Of a stretch of 64,000 nt of DNA, positions 50,097 through 63,866 are shown piece after piece. The notes beneath the pieces were generated by a model, which was not told the DNA's origin, did no database searches, and worked only from the letters and a program-made list of their open reading frames with translations. This DNA is from Phaeosaccion multiseriatum (Eukaryota > Protista > Ochrophyta, other classes), in assembly GCA_965112735.1 (NCBI GenBank), contig OZ218957.1, positions 1,612,001 through 1,676,000 of the forward strand, in the 5' to 3' direction. Position 1 is the stretch's first letter. Every line of letters starts with the position of its first letter. Position numbers and translations under genes: made by a program.

Positions 50097-50317
50097 TGTC
50101 TATCTTGTCTTGTCTATCTTGTCTTGTCTATCTGTCTGCCCGTCTGCCCGCCCACATGCCTGCCTGCCTGTTTGCCTGCTTGTGTGCTCCTGTCTCTCTC
50201 TCTGTGTGTGTAATAGAGCTGGTAGCCCCAGGTGGCAAGAAGCTTGCGCGAGAAGAGGCCGGCAGCCTACAAGAAGAGGGCCTGGGGGGAGCGAGCGTCA
50301 TGGTCCTCCTACGGTAG
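45809..50317 (+). CDS. ATXN3: Ataxin-3-like Josephin deubiquitinase with UIM and C-terminal UBX-like domain (multi-exon)
   Basis: MSYIYHEKQ|EASLCGQHALNNL, SGNVDAAGNFSIS|VL, HWLAVRRI..YWNLNS; UIM SEDEQMAAAIAASL; PPEEP..VQ|VKLPGERVRRRF..SLQEEGL. Confidence 0.85.
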
Positions 50318-51194
50318 GGAAGCAGCAACAGCAGCAGTTGGTGATACAGCAGCAGCAGCGGCGGCGGCTGTCTGAAGGGCGTTGGGTGGGTGGGGAGGGT
50401 GGAGGAGGGCAGGGGAGGCAAGGGGCAGTCGCTATCCGCAATCCCCTTGGCCAGCACCCTCACTTGCCCACGTCAGGGAGCCCTAAAAAACACACAAAAA
50501 AACTTTTTTTTTTCATTTGAACGATCTTCGTATCTTAGCTCTCTCTCTCTATACGATGTAGCAGTTCAGCAGTAGCATCAGACACCGGCAAAGAAGGGAA
50601 TGAGACACATGTCCTCAGAATGGAGATTGGGAGTCGGAAATGAAATGAAGCCTTCCAATTATTATTTACGCCGCTCGAATGGCATGGGCACACTTCAGTG
50701 CGTTTCAAGTCAGCATGACGGCCCCTGGCCCTCATCCACTCAAACACTCAAACACACACAATTCATTGCTGCTGCTGCTGCTGCTGCTGCTTTGCTGCTG
50801 CTGCTGCTGCTGCTGCTGCCGGGGCGACTTCTCGCTTGGTCTTTGGTTTCTCAAAGACGCCAACCAAAGACGCCCTGACAATTAACTTGTGGCTCTGCGT
50901 CGCCTCAGTGGCTGCTGCTACGGCTCCCTGGGCCCCCTCCTCGGCCGGCAGGGGGTGGAACGGGGCAGACAACATGTGATGTCAGCCAGGACGACAACAC
51001 ATACACTCCCTAACACCCTCGTCTCTCCGGCAAGAAAACGCCCTCACGCACACGCCCGCGTAGTCTTGACTCGTGTGCTTGCCTGCTCCTGCTGTACCAC
51101 CAGCTGCAGTTGCTCTCCTTGCTGCTTCCCCTCCCTGCTGCTGGGCTGCTGCTGCTCCTGCTGCTTGCCCTCGCTGCTGCGGCTTCCCCCCCCG

Positions 51195-54100
51195 TTAGTG
51201 TTTATGTGTACAGCGCATCCCGCTGACGACATCGTCAATCCTCAGAATCAGGCATGCCGCCTCCACCGCGGTCTGAAGGAAGGGAAGGGAAGGGAAGGGA
51301 AGGGAAGGAAGGAGAGAGTGCGTTTGCGTGCAGTTGTGCGCGTGTGCGTGTGCGTGCGTGTTTATGTGTGTATCGAGGGTTGAGCCACACGGACAGAGGG
51401 AGGGAGGAAGGGAGGGAGGGAGCGGAGGAAGGGAGGGAGGGAGCGGTTGGAATTCAGGAGACACTAAACTAAGCCCGAGGCAGACTTAAGCAAGAGCAGC
51501 AAGAGCAATGAACCACACCCACCCACACACACACACCGTGCTTTACCTTTAGCGTCTGCTCTTTGACGGAGAGAGGCTCCCAAATGCCGAGCTCATTCAT
51601 GTCGGCGAGCACTCCCGTGGAGCCGTTGATGCCGAAGGTGGTGTTTTGGCAGTTGGCGTGCTTGGCTCTTAGCTGTAGGTAGGTAGGTAGGCAGGTAGGT
51701 AGGCAGGTAGGTGGGGAGTGAGGGAGGGAGGTATGTTGGGAGGTATGTTGGGAGGTAGGTGGGTATAGGTAGGTAGGTAGGTAGGTAGGTAGGTAGGTAG
51801 GTAGGTAGGTGGGTAGGTAGGTAGGTAGGTAGGTAGGTAGGTAGGTAGGTAGGCAGATGGGTAGGTAGGTAGGTAGATGGGGAGATAGGTAGGTAGGTAG
51901 GTAGGTAGGCAGGTAGGTAGGTAGGTAGGTGGTTAGGCCGTGTAGGTAGGTAGAAAGGTACAGATAATGCAGAAGTAGCGTGGTACAAGGAGTGAGGGAG
52001 GGGCGCTGGGGCGTTGGGACGTTGGCACCAAGAGAGAATGCCCCTACCATTTACGTAAGTACGCACGTGTCCATACGTGTATGCGCTTCTTCGCCTTCAA
52101 CCCTTGCCTTCCCTTCCCTTCCCTCCCTCCTCCCTCCCTCTACCTCCAATTGGCGACGCACCTGTGTCAACACGCGCACCACGTTGGCCCCGCAATTTTG
52201 CGCTAATGTGCGTGGGATGATCTCCAGTGCCTGCACGAGGAAGAAAACGGCAGAGGAGGAGAAGGCATGGGGACGAGCGTAATCGGAAATGGGAGGAGAA
52301 GGAGGAGGAGGAGGAGGAGGAGGAGGAGGAGGAGGAGGAGGAGAAGGAGGAGAAGGAGAAGGAGGAGGAGGAGGAGGAGGAGGAGGAGGAGGAGGAGGAG
52401 GAGGAGGAGGATGAGGAGGAGGAGGAGGAGGAGGGAGTGGTGAGCGCCTGCGAAGGGGAAGCCTGTGTGTGTGTTTGTGTGTGCGTGCGTGTGCATTCCA
52501 TCTCCAGTATCTCCCCTCCTCCTTTCCCCGCCCTCGCTCACCTTGGCCACCCCCTGGAAGGGAAGCTTCTGCACCCCCTCGATGCTGTGCGACTTGTCCA
52601 TAATGGCAGCTGCGAGGGCCATCTCAGTGGCGCCCCCCCCGGGGACAAGCTTGGGCTCAAACACCACGTTACGCACCACCTGGGCAGGGCAGAGCAGAAG
52701 GGATGGATGGCAATGATGGGCAAGGTAGAGGGTAGAGGGCAGGGCAGGGCGTCGTCCGAGAGTTCCAGATTCAGTTTCAGTTGGGGAGTCAATGGTATCA
52801 CATGCTTCTGTAGGTAGATGGCTCAGTTCGAATCAAGAGAGATAAAAGAAAAAGAGAGGGTATCGATGGCATGCTGTGTTGTGTGTACCTATATCGCGTG
52901 TGTGTTTGACCAACTGCCTCACTGCCTCACTGACTCAATGCCTCCACTGACTCTCCATTGCCTTCATGTATCGATGGCATGTATCGAGAATGAATGAATG
53001 AATGACCAACTGGCGCCTCACTGACTTACTGACCTGCATGGCGTCTTGGAGGTTCCTCTCCACCTCGTTGAGCACGTCCTTACTGCCACCCCTCAGCAAC
53101 ACCGTACACGCCTTGGGATCCGAGCACTGCTCCAAGTACGTAAAGTACCTAAAGAAGAAAGGCAAGTAGAGTAGAAGAGGGCACAGAGGGGATGTGTGTG
53201 TGGGGCGGGGGGGGGGGGGGGGGGTGAGTGAGCGAGACAAGCCTAACGTAGACTAGCCCTGATCCCTGCCAGCCGCGCCACCGCACAGCTGCACTACTCA
53301 CTCGTCTCCGATCTGGCGCACTTCGAACAAGCCGCAGCCTGTGCCAATGTCTGCCTCCTGAATCTCATCAGGCCTGGAGACGATGGTCGCCCCCACTGCG
53401 CGTGCGACTCGGTTGTTGTCGGACTTCTTCAGGCGACGGAAGGCCGTGATATTGGCCTGAGGGAGGGAGGGAGGGAGGGAGGGAGGGAGGGAGGGAGGGA
53501 GGGAGGCAGGCAGGCAGGCAGGGAGGGAGAGAGGGAGGGGAGGGGTGGGCAGGAGGAAGAAGAGAGTCAGCGCGCGGGGTGGCGGAGGGGGGGACGGGAG
53601 ACGACAAAAGGACATCAGAGAGAGAGATGGCACCCACCCACCCACCCTTCACCTCACACACCCATTGACATACGATATCCACACCCATTGACTTACTACA
53701 CACCCACCTTGAGGAAGTAGTGCTGCGCCAAGTCAGACACGCCCTTCTCCGTGATAACAATGTCGGGCTTGAAGGCGATGATCTGTGCACACGTGTTCTC
53801 AATGTACTCCTCCTCCATCTGCAGCAGCGTATTCCAGTCCTCCTCCTTCGTCACCTCCACGTTGGTCTGTTGGTTGGAGTTGGAGAGATGCGTAGATTGG
53901 GGAGGGAGGAGTGGGAAGGGGGTGAGTGAGTGAGGAGGTGAGGGAGCTTGGAAACCAACACATGAGAGCTTACGCCCGCACGCGTATACACACCTGACTC
54001 TCGCCCTTCTTGTACTCTAAGGGGCAGTCCAGCAGCAGGATACGCGGGTTCTCCACTCTTCGCCTGTCCAGTCCAGCGGCCGAAGGAAGGAGAGCACACG

Positions 54101-55972
54101 AGGATGATGGATTGAGTGTGAGTGTGTGTTGCCACTTGGAGACCCAACAGCAGCAGCAGCAGCAGTAAGAACAAACGCTCCTTCCACCGTGTGCTTCCCT
54201 CCCTCCTTCCACCCCTCACCTCATCCCCCATCCACTGCCATCCCCTGCCACCTATCCACTGCCATCCCTCCCTCCTGTAATCCACTACCATCCACTGCCA
54301 TCCCCTGGCTGACCTCATTTTGGAGTGGGTGACGTCCTTGTTGAACATGACCCCGTCCAACACGGTGCAGTCGTCCAGCTCCCCCCCGGGGATCTTCTCC
54401 ACCCTGGATTAATCCCATCCATTCATTCATTCAGACCGACAGACCGGCAGACACATAGAGAGATGGGCAGACAGGACGCGGGCCGACAGAAACACGCACA
54501 GAAACACGCGCACGCACACATATACACACAGAGAGAGAGAGAAAGAGAGAAGAGAGGCAGACAGACAGACAGACAGGCAGAGAGACAGACAGACAGGCAG
54601 ACCCACCGGAAGACAGAGATAGACAGCAGGAAGTGGGGAAGTGAGGAAGCGGTGAGTCAGGTGAGCTTCCGGCATGGGATCGCCCCGGGTGTGGGTGTGG
54701 ATATGGGTGTGGGTGTTTCCTTCTCCTCCTCTTTGCCCCCTCGACCCACACACCTCGCGAAGCGCTTGACGTCCACCTCCTTCTTGCCGTCGGCGTCAGT
54801 GCTGGCAACCTTCTTGACAGCGTCAATGGACATGTCGACAATCTTCTCGCCCCAGCGAGAGGAGAATTTGGTGCCGATGCACGCTCCCACCAGACCCTTA
54901 ATGCGCTCCTGTTGTGCATAGAGATGGCAGTCCATGGCAGTTAGTACATGGCAGGAGATGGCAGGAGAAGGCAAAGACAAGCAAGGATAAGAGGGGAGGG
55001 GAAGGGAGGGGGGGACTACTTCTGGGCGACCGTGGGACGGCCTCTCTCTCTTCTCTCTTCTCTCTGTCGAGACCTCTGTCCTCTATCGACAGCCTCCCTG
55101 CTCGCCTCTAACAGTATCTCTGTTCTCCCTGCCCGCCTCTGACAGTATCTCTGTTCCTCGCTGCCCGCCTCTACCTCACCTTATCGTCTATGTCCACCTC
55201 CACAGCGAGCTCCCTAAGGGCCGTGAGCGCTGTTTGAAGGGCGTACGAGTAGCCCTGCACGATCTGCGTGGGGTGGATGTTGTTCTTGGTCAAGAACGGC
55301 TCTGCCACCCCAAGCATCTCGCCGGCTGTGTTGTTATGAGGTGAGTGGTACGGGCGGACACGGGCGGACGGGTTGGCGGGTGGGGATGGTGTGAGGGATA
55401 GACGGGAGCGGGGAGCGCGCGAGGGGGGTGGATAGAAGCCTCGGCGATTCATCAACTCGTCAGTAAACTGGGAAGTTTAATCAAGGCGGTAGCTGAGCCG
55501 GGGAAGGGTAAGTTTGGGCGGGGCAGGTCCCACCCTTCCACCCCCGGCCCCACACCGGCCCCACAGTCCGTCTCGTCTCCTGCCCCTTCCAACCCTTGCA
55601 CCGCCGCAGCAAAAAGGAAAAACGAGCAGCAGCCTTCACGCGCGAGTGGACCCCGCCCCACTTACTCAGGATGATGACCGAAGTGGTGCCGTCGCCCACC
55701 TCCTCGTCCTGTGCGCGGCTAAGTTCGATCATGCTCTTGGCTGCCGGGTGGCTCACGTCCACCTCTCGCAGAATACAGTTCCCATCATTGGTGATAACGA
55801 TGCCCCCCATTGGGTCCAGCAGCATCTTCAGCATGGATCGGGGCCCGAGCGTTGTCCTAATGATATCTGCCACCGCCTTGGCTGCAACGATGTTCCCTAT
55901 CTGCGCCGTCCGCCCTGTTTCTCGCTGTGTGTTTACAGGCAGCACCATGACGGGTGCCTGAGGAGCCTGCAT
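51195..55972 (-). CDS. CCT3: T-complex protein 1 subunit gamma (multi-exon; exact 3' end uncertain)
   Basis: [120 protein letters not shown]. Confidence 0.96.
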
Positions 55973-56295
55973 GGTTGACTAAGGAGCTTTCTGTCTCTGT
56001 GTGCTTGCTTAAGGTTCTGTGTCTGCGCTTGATGGAGAAGGAAGACGGCACGGAGATGCAAGGGGAGGCTGATTTGCCACCCGCCATCGCGGGTGAGATT
56101 CCACAAAAACTGAAACTCACGCATCCAATTCTCTCTCTCCCAAGACCCAATTATCCTTGCGCCTAACATACACATAGATAGCAGAGCACCCACCCTTCCT
56201 CCACCAGAAGGATCAGGAGGAGGAGTAGGAGGAGCAGCAGGAGCAGCAGGAGGGGCGGAAGGAGCAGAAGCAACAGCTGCGAGAGGCCTTCAGCC

Positions 56296-57232
56296 ATGCC
56301 ACCCTCGAAGGCGGTCACCAGCAGCAATGCCAAGCCGAAGAAGGGCAGCAGTAACGAGGAGAACAATGTAGTGCAGGAGCTGATAGATCTAGGAAGAGGC
56401 CTTGTCAAGAAGTATCGGACGACTACGCCCACGAAGCTCAAGATCCTCGACGCCTTCCTCGTCTACGCCCTGGCGACGGCCCTCCTGGTGGTAAGAGCCT
56501 GTACTACACTACCTTTGCTCTTCTCAAGTGGGGATGCGAGCGCGAAGACGAAGGGGGGGCACGTTATCTTAAGAGACTGCCTTGCAGTTGCCCTCAGCGA
56601 GAGGGAGAAGAGGTTTTCCGGACGAGAGAGAGGGTGACGAACTTCCGTCCCCTACTCCGTCAAACACTGACCCCTCCTCCCCCTTGTCTCCTTCCCCTCC
56701 GCTGTCCTCCTGGCCCAGTGTATATACTGCTTTCTGGTGGGGTCATTTCCCTTCAACTCCTTCCTGGCAGGGCTGCTATGTCAAATAGGCGTGTTTGTGC
56801 TCACAGGTGAGATTCATAGAGACGGCGTTCTACCCACAGAGGGCCTTTCGCACAGAGCAGCAGCACATGTCTCCTCGTACTACGAAGGACGAAGGAGTGT
56901 GCGTATATCGCAGCCTACCATCCATCCCCGTCGGTCGGCTCCGTCTGGTGACAGAGAGCACCTCCCTTCCTTTCCGTTCCCTGACCTAAACTAATCCCAC
57001 TTCCCAACTGCCCTGCCTACTCTCCCTCCTACCCGGCTTGCCATGCTTGCCCACGCCCACTCCGCTCCGCCGTACACACATACACACACACACGCACACA
57101 CACACATAAGTGTCGCTGCGGTTCCAGCAAGTAACAGAATCGCATGAGGGGCGCTCAGTGGAGAGGGCCTTCGTGGACTACATTGCCTGCGTGCTCATCC
57201 TCTTCCTTGTGGTCATTAACTTCATGGGTTGA
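56296..57232 (+). CDS. DAD1: Oligosaccharyltransferase subunit DAD1/Ost2 (3 exons)
   Basis: TPTKLKILDAFL, YCFLVGSFPFNSFLAG, SLRFQ..SVERAFVDY..LVVINFMG-stop. Confidence 0.95.
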
Positions 57233-58390
57233 AAGAGAGGCTTCTCTACTCTATTCGACGAGAGTCGGGCGCGAGACGGCAGGGAGGGATCGCCGGGAGC
57301 TTTGCTAAGGACATGTTCTCTCCTCCGTGTATATATTTCCAACAACAGATGCTCATCTTTACGAACTTTTTCCTCCTTTCTTCTTAGAGCCTCTTCCTTG
57401 CAAGCGGCGTCGTGGAATGGCTCACGTGAGGAGGGAGGGGAGGGCGGGAGGGTAGGGGTGTGCTGCACGGGAAGCAGGTCCCTGACACGGCTCGCCACAG
57501 CTTAACATTTTTTCTCTTTCTTCTCCTGCATAAGCCCGCCCACTCAGCAACTTTCATCGTGGTTTCTCACAAGGACCCCCATGCAACATGTGTGTGAGAG
57601 CTCTGGTTCAAAACTCAATGGCAGGCGGGGCATGCGATGGCAATACATGCGTCCGTTGGGCTCTACCCTCTACCCTGCCAGCGCAAGGGAAAATCTGTAC
57701 ACCAAACTTTTTATTCACATTTACACACAACCCACCCACCCCCTCACTCACTTGGCTAAGACCGTGTCTCCCAACGATGAGTCTCTCCTCGCTCCCCAGA
57801 CGACCATAAGCCCTCACGCTCGAATCCGACGCCGGCGGGCATACGGGCAGATGAGGCTGATCGCATGGACAGACACACAGAGATGCTTCTTTCAACCTCA
57901 AGCCTCTACCCCCCCTCGCCTCCCTCTCTCCCCCTCCCCCCTCTCCCTTTCCTGTCTCCCTCCCTCCCTTCGTACACCATATCGTTTCCAAAGTCGCTCT
58001 CCATCCCCACGCTTCCTTCCTCCCTCCTCCCTACCCCAGAGACGCCGCTACTGGCGCTCGACTTTCTCGTTTTTGTTCTTTTTTTATAGAAAAAAAATCA
58101 ACACTAATGTACACCGACCGTGGAGCTGTCGGGATGTGATGACGAGTAGGGTCTGCCGAAATAGTCAACAATCCAATCTGATCTCTCTTCCACACTCGGC
58201 GATCTTTGATTCGGTACGGTAGCTCCTGGCCGGCCTTCAACCGTAACATGAGGTAGAAGTACAGTGAGCTGACACGTGACCTCGCAAAGATCCCCAAGCG
58301 TCCAAGACGTGGTTCAGGTTGGGTCCAATTTTAGCCAGATCCCAATCGTGATCACTTCCCAGCAGAAGCCCGCCCCCTAGCCCCGACCGC

Positions 58391-59177
58391 TTAGGCTTCT
58401 CCTGCCACGATGTTGGACTCAATCCCGCAGTGGTTTGAGCCGCGAAGGATCCTGAACAGCCCGCCCTCGCCCCAGGACTGCGGCCATCAGTCCGACAGTT
58501 ACAGATACAGAAAGGGAGAGAGAGAGAGAAAGAGAGAGAGAGGAGAGAGAAAAAGGGAGAGAGGGGGCGAAAGGGACAACGAGACAGAGACATAGAGAGA
58601 AAGAGTGAGACAAGAGACACAAGAGGAGACGGAGGCAGAGGCAAAGACAGAGACGGCACGTTGCTGCCTGCCTGCCTGGCTGGCGCACTGACCTCGTTCC
58701 AGCTGTTGACAATGAGCCAGTAGTCCTTGCCGCTCTCCTCATCAGTGCCCCAGCCGATGACTTTGACGGCATGCCCCCCCATGCTGCTCCCCTCCACGTG
58801 CTCGTACACACCACCAGCGTACAGAATGAAGTCTGGAGGATGGCAGTGGGTGGTGGAGGGTGGCAGTGGATGGTAGGGGGGTGGTAGGGGGGTTAGTGGT
58901 ACAGGAGAAGCAAGCGGGTTGTCGTCAGGTGTGAGGCCTCAGAAATATGGTTGGCGAGGGAGGTTCGTGGTTGTCCGGAGGTGGAGAATTTCCTAAATAT
59001 GCGACGACACACAGCACAGTACACAATCTCAGCAGGCCCGCTCTCGTTCTCTCTCTCTCGCCCGACAAATCAGTCATTTCAATCATTTCTGGCACCCGCC
59101 TGTCGCAAACACACACACACAACCGCACACACACACACACACACACACACGCACGCATGCACACACACACACACAAC

Positions 59178-59270
<93 letters not shown>

Positions 59271-62205
59271 ACACCCCACCCACACGCACCCGCGTAGACG
59301 GTAAAGGCCGCCGTGGCCGAGCCGAAGGTCATGATGTCACGCTGAATGTCCTCCACAGAGCGCAGGCTGTACGACGCGGTGGCGAAGTGTTTGTCCTCCG
59401 GGTAGGGAGTAGCGTACTCCGCTTCTGAGCACTCCTTCACACATGTAGGAGAGGGGTATTCGGCTGTGAGGCGAGGGAGGGGAGGGGAGGGAGGGCGGGA
59501 GGGTGTGTGCGAGGGAGGAGAGGGAGGGAGGGAGAATGGCAAGGCGTGAGAACAGCTCGGCACAACAGAGAGAGGTAGGGAGAGAGTAGAGGCAGAGAGG
59601 GAGGAGGGAACGAGGCAGACAGGAGAGGAGAGGAGGGAGGGAAGGAGGGAGGGAGAGAGACGGTAGAGACCGAGGGAGGAACGAGACAGACAGGAGAGAG
59701 GAAGGAGGGAGGGAAGGAGGGAGGGAAGGAGGGAGGGATGAGGGTCGCTTACAGTCAGGGCACGCTGGGTAGACCCCGGCGGGCACATGGTGGGCACAGG
59801 GCATAAATTCGTAGGGCTTGCAGGTGATGCCCGTCCCGATCTGTGGACAGCAAAGGAGAGGAGAGGAGAGGAGAGGACAGGAGAGCAGTTGGTGATACAG
59901 AAGAGAGCAGAGCAAAGGATTGGGAATGGAAAGGGGAAGGGAAGGGTGCCAAAGACCGACCAGAGAAGAGAAGCACAAAAGGGAAAGGGGCGAGGAGCAC
60001 GAGGAACAAGGCAACGGGCGAGGGGCGTGGGGCGAGGGGCGAGGCCAATCCACACATCGAATCATCACGTATGCACCAGACCAGAAACACACCACACACA
60101 AAAGAAATAAGAACAAGACACGTACATTGTCGTACTCGCCGCCTGTGACGACCCCGTGATTCTTGAACCACTTCCAGGCGGAGCCGGGCTGCCCCCCGTT
60201 GCAGCCCATGCTGAGCCCGCAGAACAGTCCACGGCAGCACGCAGTTGTGTCCTCTGTTGGGAGCGAAGGATTGGTTGGAGGAAGAGAGAACGAGAGATGG
60301 CAGAAACGTGAATAAAACAGAGAGAGAGAGAGCGAGACGGGAATGGAAGACAGAAAGAGAAATAAAGGCACGCAGGGGCAGAGAGGGAGAGAGAGAGAGA
60401 GGGGGGGTGAGGGAGAGAGAGAGAGAAAGAGAGAGAGAAGAAAGAGAAACATTCGTACCTGCGCTGAGCTCCGTGAGGTCGGGTCCTCCGTCGCTGTCGA
60501 TGGACTTAATGCAGTGCCGATCGTTGAACGCCTCCGTGCTGGCGAAGGCCCAGCAGCTGAACAACCAACACGTGAGGCAAGGCAGGGCAGGGCAGGGAAA
60601 GGCAAGGCAAAGTACAAGCAACGCAAAGCAAAGCAGAGTCGCAATCAGCGGTGTCAGCAGTTAGGGTACGGGTGTCAGGACAGGACATGCCCTCATCAAG
60701 CGCATTCACGGCCAAGACTGAGAAGAAGCGTCCTCCATCCTCCGTCTTCCAGCAGCATGAAGCGAAGCCCTACACCATGGTCAAACGCCTCCCTCTCTCC
60801 GCCCCCTTCCCCAGGTTGCCTCTCCTTACGCCCTTTCTCTCTCCCTCTTCCTCTTCCTCTTCCTGTGTACCTAGACTCCCCATCCACTGCCATCCATTCC
60901 TCCCACGCACCATACCCCACTGTCTGACTGACTCACTGACCTGCCGCAGTCGGACTGATCCCTCGCGTGGCCGATGAGGGCCGCGCACTCGGGCCATGCC
61001 GAGCGAGCGTCAAACGAGTCGGGAATAGGGTCATCCTGCTGTATCACCAACTCCTGCTGCTGCTGCTGCTCCTGCTTCGGAAGCAGTCCATTGGCCCACT
61101 CTTCGAAGCGAGGAGCCCCGCCTCCCACACCCGTCCACACGGCATCGGCGGTCACTGCTGCCGCTCTGACTGATGAGGCGAGGGCGAGCGGGGCCGACCA
61201 CACCGGAGTCGAGACTTCCTCCTCCTCTTCCTGCTGCTGCTGCTGTAGATGGTAGTGGTGGTGGGAGTGGTGGAGGATGAGGCAGCGAGGCAGGCATGGT
61301 AAGCCGTATGGCAGTAGATGGGGGGGGTACTGTAGGGATGGCAGTAGATGAGGCAAAAGATAAAAGATAAAGGCAACCCTCGCCCACTCACTACCACTCC
61401 ACTCACCGCAGCGCTGGCGCTTTGGTAAGTCCTCACGGGGAGGTCTTCAAAGCCGGGATGACCCCTCAGTATCGCCCCGTCCGTCAGGGCTCGAGCCTGC
61501 CTCTCTGAGTAGCCTTCAAAGCGAGGAGACATTTCGGCGTGCCAGTGCACCTGCCGCTCTGAGAACCGAGTGTTGACGAGCGCGGCGAGGGGCTCAGACA
61601 TCGCAGCCAGTCCACCGTGCCCCGTAGCCAACTCCTCCTCTCGCTGCCACTGCTGTCGGAGTTGGTGTTGCTGAGCGCCCAACGAGAGGCGTCGATCGGA
61701 CTCGTCTCCGTGAATCTGCAGGGGGGGGAGGGAGAGGGGAAGAGTGTGATTGAGTGGGTGGATGAGTGGTTGCTTGGTGCTTGGTTGGCTGGTTGATGGA
61801 AGGAAGGAAGGAAGGAAGGAAGGAAGGATGGATGGACGATGGTGAGGATGATGGACCAACGCGATGGAGTGGAGTGGACAAAGGTGGATTGGGACGAGAT
61901 TCGAGACAGATATTGAACATGTGTTGCCTGGGGGTTCTGAGCAAGCAGTCAATGACAGCCGGCACGCTAAGACCGGAGGAACACGTCTGTCTGAGTCATC
62001 CACCCCTAAGCCCCTCTACTGCTCCACTCCCACCATACTCCTCTAACTGCTTGTCCTGGCACCAGAGCCTCACCTTGACATCTGTTTCCAGGCAAGAGTA
62101 CTTGACACCCCCTCCCTCCATCTGCAGCTCGGCCTGGGCAGAGAGAAACAGCAGCAGCCGGATACACAACACGTCGAGGAGAGCATGATGCACACGTTAG
62201 TTCGC

Positions 62206-62237
<32 letters not shown>

Positions 62238-62921
62238 CGATAGCAGCCGCAGCAATTGTTTTATGCAGCAACAGCAGCACCGACATCATCCACCAAGTCT
62301 TGACCCGTAAGAAGGGGGAGGAGGACTCACGCAGCGTACAAGAGTGTTCTCAAGCTCTCAAGTAGTCACCTGCACAGTCACTCCGCTCGGCGCCTTGTCC
62401 GGAATCGGGTACGTGACGGTGGCTGTGAAGGGCTCCCCTGCCTGCAGAGGACACACCACCCCCTCAACATCCTCCCCATTGCACAAGTCGAACTTCTCCT
62501 TGGTGAGATGAATGCCGTAGAAAGAGATGGCCACTTTGAGCTGCACGCCAGTGTCGGACGGTATAGTGACTGACGGCGTACCCTCGAGGGTCACCTGTGG
62601 AGCAGCAGGGGGGGAGCAGGGGGGTTGAGGTGGGGTCGACCAATTTGCAGGACAAGCGGGGGAAGGGTTTCAATCCATAAAGCTTCTCAGCTGCCCCGCA
62701 TCTTAGCCAAGCAGGAGGAGAGGGGGTTTGCGGGTCTCTCAGCTACTTACCCTCAGGTTATCTCCTCGTTCGACCGGGTATGGGCTGAGCCGAACAGCGG
62801 AGACTCCTAACAAGTCCTTCGTGGATTCCTTGCACAGCTCCCACTGCCCAGCATCATCTGCGCAACTGCCTCCCACAAAGAGCGTCCATGCCAACCCAGT
62901 CAACCCTACGACGCCTCTCAT
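58391..62921 (-). CDS. Cathepsin B-like cysteine protease preceded by a signal peptide and an ML (MD-2/NPC2-like) domain (multi-exon)
   Basis: [21 protein letters not shown]|SCWAF, GCNGG, occluding-loop [31 protein letters not shown]-terminal [29 protein letters not shown]. Confidence 0.85.
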
Positions 62922-63669
62922 CCCTCTTCTGATGAGTGATAAAAGGATTTTGGAAGGAGTATGTAATCCCCTAATGATCTACTTTTAATGTCGAGATCGA
63001 AACCACCTAACTCACCCCAGGGGGGCTCTCGTAATATGCCCACCAGAGCGACGATTGCAGAAGAGGATGGCGTCCGTGTGCCGCGTAGCTGCTGCTTCCA
63101 AGGTAAATGGCTGTGTAGAAGGAGCGATGCTTGCTTTTTCCCGGGCGCTTTCAGAGGCCCAAGCGGCGCAGCAGCAGCTCAGCAAAGTGATTCAGCGAGA
63201 GATGGAAAGAGGAGAGGGGGAGGGGGAGGAGAAGGACTATGAAAGCAGAGAGGGAGCAGTGGGCAGTCGCGTGGGAGTTGCAACAGGGCACTGCATGCGG
63301 CTGCCGTGCCTCCAATTGTATAAGGGGGGCAGGCGGTAGCACGGATGGGGGCCACGAGATGTAGAGCTGTATTCGCTGGGTGCAACGACGACAGAGGAGG
63401 CGGGCGATAGTCAGGAGCCTGGCGCTTGTCCGAGTGACTGCAGCTGGAGCTCCTACAGAGGCATGAAGGGCTCTGCGCAGAGTCGTCGGCCGTTTCCATT
63501 GTGCTTTGAAGTGAAGGGTCGCCAGTGACGTCTGGCAAAAAAGGGAAGGGAACATGAACCTCGGCTGTCAGCTCGTCGATTGAATGCAGTAGCCACGAGT
63601 GCAGCAACCGAGGCCGAGCAAATGGGTACCCCACCAGATCACTCAGGCTCGCTCCCACTGGCAATAATA

Positions 63670-63866
63670 ATGCCCCTTCTCTCTCAAGTGAGAAAGTTAA
63701 ACACCCCTCCCTTCCCTTTCCTCTTCCATTTCACCTCCATACTGCTCTTGCTGCCGCAGGGTGCTGTGGCGAGAGTGGGGGCCCGCAGCGGTCTTCGCTT
63801 GCTGTCCAGCCGCCCTGACCCTGTTCTGAACGCCCCCGAGAGCCACGTCACTAAGCTCAGCAACGG
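63670..63866 (+). CDS. First exons of a probable mitochondrial processing peptidase beta / M16 peptidase (continues beyond window)
   Basis: MPLLSQ|GAVARVGARSGLRLLSS presequence-like segment, then VLNAPESHVTKLSNG|gtgag. Confidence 0.65.

Noticed and set aside
57500-58300. 213-aa ORF between DAD1 and the cathepsin gene
   Set aside because: No recognisable homology or consistent exon structure; likely UTR or intergenic.
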